Below are positions 1-7,279 of a stretch of 32,000 nt of DNA, in pieces. The stretch spans positions 1,860,001 to 1,892,000 of the forward strand of contig NC_015067.1 of the NCBI RefSeq assembly GCF_000196555.1. Direction: 5' to 3'. A program made the position numbers and the translations under genes. Position 1 is the stretch's first letter. Each line of letters starts with the position of its first letter. The stretch comes from Bifidobacterium longum subsp. longum JCM 1217 (GTDB taxonomy: Bacteria > Actinomycetota > Actinomycetes > Actinomycetales > Bifidobacteriaceae). The notes beneath the pieces were generated by a model that ran no database searches, was not told where the DNA came from, and saw only the letters and a program-made list of their open reading frames with translations.

Positions 1-916
1 CGGCGGCGGCGCTCGGCGCGGTGTAGATGGGTTTGACATCGCGTTTGATGGCGTCCCAGTCCTTCTTCGACGCGTAGCGGAACGTGTTGCGCAGCAGATG
101 CACCACGCAGGTCTGCACGATGGCCAGAGGCCATACCGCGCCCACCGCGTCGGGCAGGCCTTTGAGCCCGTCGCAGATCAGGAAGAACACATCGTCCACG
201 CCCCGGTTCTTCAGCTCGGTGAGCACCGACAGCCAATAGCGTGCGCCCTCCGCGGCGGGCGACGCCCAGATGCCCAGCACGTCGCGGCCGCCCTCCAGAT
301 CCACGCCAACGGCCACGTAGAACGCGCGGTTGGCGACCTGCCCGTCGCGCACCTTGACGACGGTCGCGTCGATGAACACGGCCGCGTACACACGATCCAG
401 GGGACGCGAGCACCATTCGTCCTTCTCGGCCACGACCCGCTCGGTGATGCGACTGACGGTCTCCCTGGACACGTCCGCCCCGTAGATCTCCTGGAAGTGG
501 GCGCTGATCTCGCCGGTGGTCAGGCCCCTGGCATACAGGGACAGCACCACCTCGTCCACCCCGGGCAGCCGCCGCTGCCGTTTCCTGACGACGACCGGCT
601 CGAACGAGCCATCGCGGTCTCGCGGCACCTCGATCCCGACCGGACCTACCGAATCGGTGACCACGGTCTTGGCGGTGGTGCCGTTGCGCGTGTTCGCGGC
701 CCTGCCGTCCTTGGATTTCTTGTGCTTGGCGCGGCCCAGGTGCTCGGTCATCTCCTCGTCCAGGGCCGTCTCCAGCACGCTTTTGGTGAACTGTTTGAGC
801 AGTCCGTCGGGCCCTGTCAGGTCCAGTCCTTTTTCCTTGGCCATGCGCACGAATGTGAGCGCCGCCTCCCGCTCGGCGTTGCGTTTTTCCGCGTCCGGCT
901 TCTTCGTCGGTGTCAT
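1..916 (-). CDS. IS256-family (Mutator-type) transposase; C-terminal part runs off the left edge of the window
   Basis: Absent from the ORF track because it has no stop inside the window. Hand translation of the reverse strand from ATG (916-914) stays open for about 305 codons. It reads MTPTKKPDAEKRNAEREAALTFVRMAKEKGLDLTGPDGLLKQFTKSVLETALDEEMTEHLGRAKH...RDGSFEPVVVRKRQRRLPGVDEVVLSLYARGLTTGEISAHFQEIYGADVSRETVSRITE...AVFIDATVVKVRDGQVANRAFYVAVGVDLEGGRDVLGIW...LKNRGVDDVFFLICDGLKGLPDAV...VVHLLRN. This is the typical IS256/Mutator transposase layout. The plus-strand ORFs 98..1132 and 516..983 are its antisense shadows. Confidence 0.88.
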   Translation of the reverse strand, partial: MTPTKKPDAEKRNAEREAALTFVRMAKEKGLDLTGPDGLLKQFTKSVLETALDEEMTEHLGRAKHKKSKDGRAANTRNGTTAKTVVTDSVGPVGIEVPRDRDGSFEPVVVRKRQRRLPGVDEVVLSLYARGLTTGEISAHFQEIYGADVSRETVSRITERVVAEKDEWCSRPLDRVYAAVFIDATVVKVRDGQVANRAFYVAVGVDLEGGRDVLGIWASPAAEGARYWLSVLTELKNRGVDDVFFLICDGLKGLPDAVGAVWPLAIVQTCVVHLLRNTFRYASKKDWDAIKRDVKPIYTAPSAAA

Positions 917-1020
917 GTTTCCCCTTGTCCCAGCAGACATCGTCCACCAGCCTTTCCGACCGGCCACACGACCGGCCAGTTAAGGCCAGTTACACACTTC
1001 GAGAGACAGTCCCGTTTTCA
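1..1020 (-). mobile_element. IS256-family insertion sequence (partial; right-hand terminus estimated near 1015-1020)
   Basis: The transposase start at 916 is preceded on the minus strand by a leader of about 100 nt. Its outer end reads GAAAACGGGACTGTCTCTCGAAGTGTGTAAC (991-1020 region). That length and G-A-rich/TGTGTAA style are typical of IS256-family terminal repeats. The other end is outside the window, so the inverted repeat cannot be confirmed. Confidence 0.5.
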
Positions 1021-1181
1021 GCGGAAGGAGAGAAAGGAGAAAGAAGGAATGGAAAGGTGCCATGCGGGCATAACACAACACCGCACATGGCGAAACTATC
1101 GAATCAGCCCATCGGGCGCACTGGCATCATAATTGATGTGTACACGCCCGATGGAGCGAATTCAATCGGTCAGACCGATGG

Positions 1182-2531
1182 TCACTCGACCTCAGCCAGG
1201 GCATCAATGATGTAGTTGTTGATGGTGGCCTTGACGGACTCGAGGTGATCGGACTTGGTGGCGGCGATGAGCTCGGACTGCGGCTTGTCGAGGCTGTAGG
1301 CTTCGAGGTCGGCCAAGGTGACGTTGCCCTCGTCGATGTCCTTGCCGATGCCGGAGTCGTAGGAGCTGTAGCGCTCGGCCTGAAGATTCTGGATGAAGCC
1401 GTCCTGGTTCATCTTGTCGGCAACCAGCAGGCCGGCGGCGTAGGCATCCATGCCGGCGATGTGGGAGCGGAACAGGTCCTCCTCGTAGAAGGAGGTACGG
1501 CGCGGCTTGGCGTCGAAGTTCAGACCACCGTGAGGTCCGATGGAGCCGGCCTGCAGGACTTCCCACATGACGGCGACGGTCTCGTACAGATCGGTCGGGA
1601 ACTCGTCCATATCCCAGCCGATGAGCTTGTCGCCCTGGTTGGCGTCGAGGGAACCGAGGAAGCCGGACTCGCGGGCCACGCGGATCTCGTGCTGGTAGGT
1701 GTGGCCGGCCAGGTTGGCGTGGTTGCCTTCCAAGTTCAGCTTGAAGACGTCGGTCAGGTCGTGGTTGCGCAGGAACTCGATGGCGGTGGCGGCATCGAAG
1801 TCGTACTGGTGCAGCGTCGGCTCCTTCGGCTTCGGCTCGATCAGGAACTGGGCCTCAAAGCCGATTTCCTTGGCGTAATCTGCGCACATGTGGAAGAACT
1901 TGGCGATGTGGTCGGTCTCGCGCTTCATCTCGGTGTTCCACAGGTTCTCGTAGCCTTCGCGGCCACCCCAGAACACGTAGTTCTCGGCGCCCAGGCGCTT
2001 GCCGATCTCCAAGCTCTTCTTGAGCTGGCCACCGGCGTAGGCGTAGATGTCGGCGAACGGAGAAGTGGCGGCGCCGGACACGAAGCGCGGGTTGGTGAAC
2101 AGGGAGGAGGTGTTCCACAGCAGCTTGACACCGGTGGACTTCATATTCTCGTCGATCTTGTCAACGACCTTGTCGAGGTTGGCGTTGGTCTCGCGCAGGG
2201 TGTCGCCTTCGGGGGCGATGTCACGATCGTGGAAGCAGAAGTACTCGACGCCCAGCTTCTGGAACAGCTCGAAGGCGTAGTCGACCTTGGCCAGAGCCTG
2301 GTCCATCGGATCGGTGTACTTGTAGTACGGGCGGTGCGCGGTGCCGGTGCCGAACGGATCAACCAGTTCCTGGTTGAAGGTGTGCCACCAAGCAACGCCG
2401 AAGCGCAGCCAATCCTTCATCTTCTTGCCGGCAACGACCTTGTCGGCATCGTAGTAATGGAAGGCGAAGTCTTCCTTCGGTCCTTTGGCGCGGCCGACGT
2501 ACTCGATCTTGTCAACATCCCACAGACCCAT
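1182..2531 (-). CDS. xylA: xylose isomerase (class II)
   Basis: 449-aa [31 protein letters not shown]..., with [16 protein letters not shown] and [10 protein letters not shown] motifs characteristic of XylA. An AAGGAG RBS lies 7 nt upstream of ATG 2531. Confidence 0.97.
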   Translation of the reverse strand: MGLWDVDKIEYVGRAKGPKEDFAFHYYDADKVVAGKKMKDWLRFGVAWWHTFNQELVDPFGTGTAHRPYYKYTDPMDQALAKVDYAFELFQKLGVEYFCFHDRDIAPEGDTLRETNANLDKVVDKIDENMKSTGVKLLWNTSSLFTNPRFVSGAATSPFADIYAYAGGQLKKSLEIGKRLGAENYVFWGGREGYENLWNTEMKRETDHIAKFFHMCADYAKEIGFEAQFLIEPKPKEPTLHQYDFDAATAIEFLRNHDLTDVFKLNLEGNHANLAGHTYQHEIRVARESGFLGSLDANQGDKLIGWDMDEFPTDLYETVAVMWEVLQAGSIGPHGGLNFDAKPRRTSFYEEDLFRSHIAGMDAYAAGLLVADKMNQDGFIQNLQAERYSSYDSGIGKDIDEGNVTLADLEAYSLDKPQSELIAATKSDHLESVKATINNYIIDALAEVE

Positions 2532-2576
2532 TTGGGCGCTCCTTTGCAGTAGGCGATATTACGGATTGCAGGACCA

Positions 2577-2606
2577 ATAATAAAACGAACGAACTAAGTT
2601 TGTCAA
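2577..2606 (-). promoter_or_regulatory. candidate sigma-70-type promoter of xylA (-35 TTGACA, -10 TATTAT)
   Basis: The minus strand reads TTGACA (2606-2601), an 18-nt spacer, then TATTAT (2582-2577), about 45 nt upstream of the xylA ATG. The -35 lies inside a near-palindrome shared with the sugar-binding-protein promoter (see findings). Confidence 0.4.
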
Positions 2607-2770
2607 ATGATTGAATTAATACGCCGCGTCTCAGCGTGTTGCTAGTCATTGCAATGGTTTTCGAATGCAGTCAAGGCACAGATAGTATGGGCAAGCCAAG
2701 AAAGACAACTCAGCCAAGGAAACGAGACTTGATAATTGACGTCACGCAATTCCTCGCCGGCCACCGCTGA

Positions 2771-3398
2771 GGCCGGCTCCACCACCCCGCCAACCCCAAC
2801 AGCACCACCCCCGCCAACACCACCGCCATGGTCATCACCCTGATGATCGGCTCGTTTGTGGCCATCCTCAACCAAACGCTGATGATCTCCGCCCTGCCCA
2901 CGTTGATGCACGAGTTCGACGTGCCCAGCAGCACCGTGCAATGGCTGACCACCGGATTCATGCTTACCAACGGCATCATGATCCCGATCACCGCGTTCCT
3001 CATCGAGACCTTCACCACCCGCCAGCTGTTCCTGTACGCGATGGGCATATTTGCAGAATGATCTTGGCGTTAATGCACTGGTGTCCGGTCTGGTGATGAT
3101 GCCGAGCGGCATCGCCATGGGCATCCTGAACCCGGTGGCAGGCAAGATGTATGACCGTATCGGTGGCCGGCCGCTCGCCTTACTGGGCTTCGCGATCATG
3201 ACGTCTGCGGCTGTGCTGCTGGTCACCATCATGAACACGCACACCGCGGCGGCCATGCGCACCGGAGTGCCGGAAGCGGCGGCATCGGCCATTGGCGTGC
3301 GGGCTTCGTTCCGCACGGTCGCCATTGTGTGCGCGGTCTGTTTGGTTGCGTCACTCTTCATTCGTGATCGCGGCCGCCGACTTGGACAGCAGCGTTAG
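2771..3398 (+). pseudogene. decayed MFS (DHA2/EmrB-QacA-like) transporter; two fragments with a frameshift and large internal deletions
   Basis: ORF 2828..3061 (MVITLMIGSFVAILNQTLMISALPTLMHEFDVPSSTVQWLTTGFMLTNGIMIPITAFLIE...) corresponds to TM1-2 of a 14-TM drug/H+ antiporter. The overlapping ORF 3051..3398, in another frame (...LVSGLVMMPSGIAMGILNPVAGKMYDRIGGRPLALLGF...VAIVCAVCLVASLFIRDRG), matches a late TM pair plus the C-terminal TM. Together they cover under 200 aa of an expected length near 470 aa. Confidence 0.7.
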
Positions 3399-3407
3399 GC
3401 GAATCCT

Positions 3408-4208
3408 TCACCGATTGCTGGCCTTCTTGATCAGCGCGTCCAAAGTACCGGCTTGGCGCGCGGCTTCCACATCTTCCCAGTCGAGACCGGTGTCTTTGGC
3501 CCTCCCGTAGAAAAACCGCACCAGACCGGCAAAGTCCGGTTTATATCCGGTTTCCCGGAATGAACGGGCCAGCGAATCACCGATTTGCGGGTCATCAGGC
3601 CTTCGTGCCTCATAGATCGGGATGGAACAGGATCGCCACACGCCTCTCACATGTGCGATGCGATTGACGATCATGCCGCCGTGCGCACCATCGTATTGCG
3701 AGGCGGCATGTACGTCCGCCACCTCGTAGACACCACCATGAATGATGTCCTCAACTGTCAGACGACCTTTGACCGCGCTGGCATCGCGAATCCAGAACAT
3801 CGAAGCGAAATTGGTGTCATCAAGTTCGCGAAAATCACGTATCTCGCGTGTGCCGATACGTTCGTCCTTGTCATACATGAATTCGGCCAAGGCTAGGAAT
3901 GGCGAGATACCTGCGCCCGGACCGTACTGCAATTCGATACGTAAATCTTCGGATTCATTGCCGGTCAGTCCAATACCGCTGACGGCGCAGTCATAGGCAA
4001 ACCAATCCCAGAACCACCATTCGATCCTTTGCAGCACCTGCTTCGGATACTTTTTGCATGGGTTCAGATTCACTTCGCGATAATATATGCGTCTCGCTTC
4101 GGCATAGACGGCGAGATTGCAGCGTTTGAACATCTCGGCTACGTCTTTGGTGTCCAGCATTGCTGGCAAACCGGCATTTTCGGCAGTAGTAGTGGTTGCG
4201 GTGCTCAT
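3408..4208 (-). CDS. hypothetical protein (266 aa), no family recognised
   Basis: Intact ORF with a GAAGGGGA RBS 6-8 nt upstream of ATG 4208. The product looks soluble and has a Trp-rich motif, RIEWWFWDWFAYD. By eye its G+C is lower than its neighbours. I cannot assign a function. Confidence 0.7.
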   Translation of the reverse strand: MSTATTTTAENAGLPAMLDTKDVAEMFKRCNLAVYAEARRIYYREVNLNPCKKYPKQVLQRIEWWFWDWFAYDCAVSGIGLTGNESEDLRIELQYGPGAGISPFLALAEFMYDKDERIGTREIRDFRELDDTNFASMFWIRDASAVKGRLTVEDIIHGGVYEVADVHAASQYDGAHGGMIVNRIAHVRGVWRSCSIPIYEARRPDDPQIGDSLARSFRETGYKPDFAGLVRFFYGRAKDTGLDWEDVEAARQAGTLDALIKKASNR

Positions 4209-4310
4209 GGTGTTTCCCCTTCATGTGATGTGGACGGCGGGCTACGTTGCCCGCCGTGAGGCACACTGTATGGCGCTCATGCGGTGGCTCGCAAGCCCAC
4301 ATGGCGAAAT

Positions 4311-4473
4311 GGTGGATAAGTGGAAAACCCAATGATTCCAAGGGGTATGGAATGTGCATAACAGTGGATACCGTCGGTGGATAACCGCACTTTCTTGCAG
4401 GTTATCCACTGATCGCGCAGCTGTTATCCACCGTCTCTGGGTTATCCACATCGTCTCTGGCGTGTCGTCCACT
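4311..4473. promoter_or_regulatory. DnaA-box cluster (six boxes with 0-2 mismatches to TTATCCACA, plus one weak box)
   Basis: Minus-strand boxes: 4311-4319 (TTATCCACC), 4363-4371 (GTATCCACT), 4376-4384 (TTATCCACC). Plus-strand boxes: 4402-4410 (TTATCCACT), 4424-4432 (TTATCCACC), 4442-4450 (TTATCCACA, perfect). A weak box lies at 4465-4473 (TCGTCCACT). All read directly from the sequence. Confidence 0.65.
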
Positions 4474-4699
4474 GTCAGCAGTCGATTTCTGCTTCGTTTT
4501 GGCGTGTATAAGTGCACGGTGAAGTGTATAACTCCGCGCATTAGGCATATTTGCTACTGAGAAAGGTCCCGAAATCGCCTTCGAACGCATAGCTACACTC
4601 AGCAGATGTATTCAGCATGGCAATAGACCCACTTAGGCACCAGCGAATGATTTCCCCCCCCGCTTATAGAGTCGGCAAAGGCCCAACACCTGTCCCAAC

Positions 4700-5045
4700 G
4701 CCGACGCTACTGCACTGGCAGCGTCGGCAGAGGCCCACGACTTGGCACAGCAACGACGCTAAAACCGCCCAGCATCGTTACACGTCCAAGTTTTGGCCGC
4801 TAACGACGCTTAATGAACGCTTAGCGTCGGCAGCAGGTCACGCACTGGTTCTCCACCGACGGTAGCGCTCCTTAGCGAAGCCAGCCCGCCACTCTTTGGC
4901 ACATCACCGACGCTGAGAGAACCTCCAGCGAAGCCAACCAGCCAACCGCTGGCGACATGACACCACCCACACCCCTCAGCGAAGCCAACCTGCCAGCGCA
5001 TGGCACCCCAACACCGATGAGAACACCCACCCCACCAGTGCACAA
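4700..5045. repeat. degenerate tandem array, about 6-7 units with a 50-53 bp period
   Basis: CGACGCT or CGACGGT recurs at 4702, 4754, 4804, 4857 and 4908. AGCGTCGGC, AGCATCGTT or AGCGAAGCC recurs at 4720, 4771, 4823, 4874, 4927 and 4978. yTGGC(A/C)C unit starts recur at about 4716, 4742, 4793, 4846, 4897, 4950 and 5002. Spacings are consistently 50-53 bp. There is no convincing ORF. Confidence 0.6.
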
Positions 5046-5100
5046 AAGGCTGGTCATAGCGGTTGCGATGTAATCGCATCGTAATCGCGATGACCAGCCT
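5043..5100 (-). terminator. candidate intrinsic terminator downstream of def
   Basis: An 11-bp perfect stem, AGGCTGGTCAT (5047-5057) with ATGACCAGCCT (5090-5100), encloses a 32-nt internally structured loop. On the minus strand it is followed by TTTGT. It starts 34 nt after the def stop. The T-tract is short. Confidence 0.45.
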
Positions 5101-5133
5101 CGGGAGTTGGGCTGCAATGAGCACCGATATGAA

Positions 5134-5553
5134 TCAGATAATGATGCCGTTGCAGTGATCGACTTCATGCTGGATAATCTGCGCAGTCCAACCGGCGAAG
5201 GTGGCGTGGCGGGCGCGGAACCGACGGTTCTCGTAGTTGACCTCAATACGTCGATAACGCAGCGTGCGGCGTTCGCCGGTCAGGGACAGGCATCCTTCCT
5301 GGGTATCGAAGGCACCGTCCGAAGCGGTAATCACGGGGTTGAGCATCACCGTTATGCGCCCGCCAAGGTCTTCATCCACAAAGACGATGATGCGTTTGCC
5401 TACGCCAATCATGTTGGCGGCCATGCCCACGCACCGTGAACGGTTGGCCTCCAGCGTGTCTACGAGGTCTTCGATCACCTGCTCGTCGCCGGGCCCGGCC
5501 GCTTCGGACGGCGTGCGCAAAAACGACCGCGAAGTCATAATAGGACGTTGCAT
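5134..5553 (-). CDS. def: peptide deformylase, short form (about 139 aa)
   Basis: Carries the Def motifs GMAANMIG (motif I variant), EGCLS and HEVDH. The track ORF starts at 5658, but that extension overlaps the upstream gene. ATG 5553 lies 7 nt after the AKR stop (5561), and ATG 5538 is an alternative. The protein ends 6 aa after HEVDH. Confidence 0.85.
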   Translation of the reverse strand: MQRPIMTSRSFLRTPSEAAGPGDEQVIEDLVDTLEANRSRCVGMAANMIGVGKRIIVFVDEDLGGRITVMLNPVITASDGAFDTQEGCLSLTGERRTLRYRRIEVNYENRRFRARHATFAGWTAQIIQHEVDHCNGIII

Positions 5554-5560
5554 GCTGGAA

Positions 5561-6412
5561 TCACGCTTCTTCGTGCCAATGGGGGTTCTGGCCGAAGGTG
5601 TGACCTTCGGGGTTGTCCATCGCGGCGATATCGGCCATGTCCTGATCATCGAGCTCAAAAGCGGTCAGGTCAAGGTTCTGGCGCTGGCGTTCCGGGTTCA
5701 GGGACTTCGGGATGGCCACGTCGCCGTATTGGAGGTGCCAGCGCAAAATGGCCTGGACCACGGAAATACCGTGCTTGGCGGCGATGCGCTTCAGATCCGG
5801 ATCGCGCAGCATCTGGTTGGCCCGGCCCAGCGGGCTCCATGCCTCGGTGATGATGCCGTGCGCATTGTCGTAGGACAGCTGTTCGCGCTGCTGGAAGTAC
5901 GGGTGCAGCTCGACCTGGTTGACGGCCGGCGTCACACCTGTATCGCGAATGAGCAGGTCGATGTGGCCGGGCAGGAAGTTGCTGACGCCAATGTGCTTGA
6001 CCAAGCCGCGTTCGCGAGCTTCGACCAGCGCTTCCCATGCCTCGACGAACTGGCCTTGGCTTGGGTTCGGCCAGTGAATCAGATAGAGATCGATGTAGTC
6101 GAGGCCCATACGGCACACGCTCTCCTCAATGGTGAGCAGAGCCTCGTCGTGAGCATGGTGGCGGCCGGGCAGCTTGGACGTGACGATGATGTCTTCGCGC
6201 GGCACGCCGGATTCGCGGATGGCGCGACCCACCACACCTTCGTTCTCATAGTTGAACGCGGAGTCGATGAGGCGGTAACCCTGATGGATGGCGGACTTGA
6301 TGGCGTCCACACCGGCTAGGCCGTTGACCTTGTACGTACCGAAGCCGGTGGCGGGCAGTTCGAGGCCGTCACTGGCCTTGCGGATCGGAGTGACTGGTGG
6401 TTCATCAAGCAT
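5561..6412 (-). CDS. aldo/keto reductase (2,5-diketo-D-gluconate reductase-like)
   Basis: Shows the AKR catalytic-tetrad context: LIDSAFNYENE, TSKL, LYLIHWP, GVSNF, SPLG. I prefer ATG 6412, which has a GGAG/GGGGA RBS upstream and gives 283 aa, over the track start at 6469. Confidence 0.9.
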   Translation of the reverse strand: MLDEPPVTPIRKASDGLELPATGFGTYKVNGLAGVDAIKSAIHQGYRLIDSAFNYENEGVVGRAIRESGVPREDIIVTSKLPGRHHAHDEALLTIEESVCRMGLDYIDLYLIHWPNPSQGQFVEAWEALVEARERGLVKHIGVSNFLPGHIDLLIRDTGVTPAVNQVELHPYFQQREQLSYDNAHGIITEAWSPLGRANQMLRDPDLKRIAAKHGISVVQAILRWHLQYGDVAIPKSLNPERQRQNLDLTAFELDDQDMADIAAMDNPEGHTFGQNPHWHEEA

Positions 6413-6484
6413 GATAGTTCCCCTGCTTCTCCTGTGATGGAATATCGGTTCCATCATAAAGCCAACCAATCCGCTGCGGGCGTA

Positions 6485-7279
6485 CTATTTGACTTCTCTC
6501 AATTCCGGCGGTCGGCGAGTGGAGAATCGGAACATGAGCGCGGCGAGAATCACGCCAAGCACGGCCATGCCGGTGAACACCATCATGCTGCGCGGGAACG
6601 CGGCCGTATACGAACCGGCCGCGTCCGCCCCATCGTTCGCGGCGATGGCCACCACCCACACATTGCCGGACAGCGCAACGAACACCACATCCATAATCAT
6701 GGTGCCGGCGAAGCCGCTAAGGATGAACTTGGGCGGGAAGTGGTTCTTCAGCATGCCGCCGAATACCGGGCCGATGGCCGGTGCGGCACAGGTGGCCAGG
6801 CCGACTATGCCGAGCATCGCACCACGCTGTTCAAGTGGCGCCTTCTCCAGAATGATGTTGGTGATAAGCGGCAGGGAGATGCCGGTACCGAGCGACATGA
6901 CCAGTCGGGCGGCGAGCAGCATCGGGAAGTTGACCGCGAGCGCGCCCAGTAATGTGCCGGCGGTGAAAATCACGATGGCCATGATGAACAGTGTTTTGGT
7001 GGCGAATTTGCGCACCATGAACGGCGAGCTCGGAATCGACACCGACAGCAAGAGCAGATAACCGGTGACAAGCCACTGCACCACCGAGGCGCCGATGGAG
7101 AACTCCTCCATCGGCGTGGAGTAGGCGATGTTCAGTGACGTTTCCGATAGGATGCCGAGGAAGGTCAGGATCGCGAGCGAGACGACCGCGATGACGAGTT
7201 TGTTGGAGACCGGTTGCTTGCCGCCGTTAGGCAGCTGTGTTGCGGAATGAGTCACGATCTTGTTCTCTCCTCCATTCAT
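6485..7279 (-). CDS. MFS transporter (DHA2-like), unusually short at 264 aa; possibly an in-frame internal deletion derivative
   Basis: The N-terminal six TMs look like an EmrB/LmrB-type transporter (SVVQWLVTGYLL..., LLAARLVMSLGTGISLPL...). The sequence then jumps to what looks like the last TM pair. The start at 7279 directly abuts the MarR stop (7280-7282). Confidence 0.75.
   Translation of the reverse strand: MNGGENKIVTHSATQLPNGGKQPVSNKLVIAVVSLAILTFLGILSETSLNIAYSTPMEEFSIGASVVQWLVTGYLLLLSVSIPSSPFMVRKFATKTLFIMAIVIFTAGTLLGALAVNFPMLLAARLVMSLGTGISLPLITNIILEKAPLEQRGAMLGIVGLATCAAPAIGPVFGGMLKNHFPPKFILSGFAGTMIMDVVFVALSGNVWVVAIAANDGADAAGSYTAAFPRSMMVFTGMAVLGVILAALMFRFSTRRPPELREVK

Noticed and set aside
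98-1132. 344-aa plus-strand ORF (and 516..983) at the left edge
   Set aside because: It is an antisense shadow of the IS256 transposase, whose reverse-strand frame is open and clearly homologous. The plus-strand product is Arg/Gly/His-rich and low-complexity, with no recognisable motifs.
1023-1132. Polypurine tract with SD-like AGGAG motifs followed by a 27-codon ORF (ATG 1049)
   Set aside because: The ORF is very short and basic, with no support beyond a chance SD match inside a purine run. It is more likely IS-flanking or xylA 3'-UTR sequence. The tract is mentioned under the IS finding only.
1245-2552. 435-aa plus-strand ORF overlapping xylA
   Set aside because: It is antisense to an unmistakable xylose isomerase. 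It has the typical high-GC shadow-ORF composition (V/G/L/A/D-rich) and no RBS.
2642-3361. 239-aa minus-strand ORF over the MFS fragments
   Set aside because: The plus-strand frames give bona fide MFS transmembrane segments. The minus-strand product has no recognisable features and is best explained as a shadow ORF.
4742-5010. TTGGCAC motifs as sigma-54 (-24/-12) promoters
   Set aside because: No properly spaced TTGC -12 element follows any of them. The motif is part of the periodic repeat unit. To my knowledge, sigma-54 is not expected in this lineage.
4700-5045. Possible CRISPR array
   Set aside because: The units are about 52 bp and diverge throughout. They do not alternate between conserved repeats and unique spacers. 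No cas genes are present and no palindromic repeat is conserved.
5554-5658. N-terminal extensions of track ORFs: def to 5658, AKR to 6469, MarR to 7804, ATPase to 11093, orphan ATPase from 13740, tesB from 18406, hpt to 26034, dacB to 28720
   Set aside because: In each case an internal ATG with a good Shine-Dalgarno sequence gives a protein of normal family length. The extension either overlaps the neighbouring gene or starts at a non-ATG codon without an RBS.
5264-6319. 351-aa plus-strand ORF
   Set aside because: It is antisense to the aldo/keto reductase and def genes, which carry clear family motifs.
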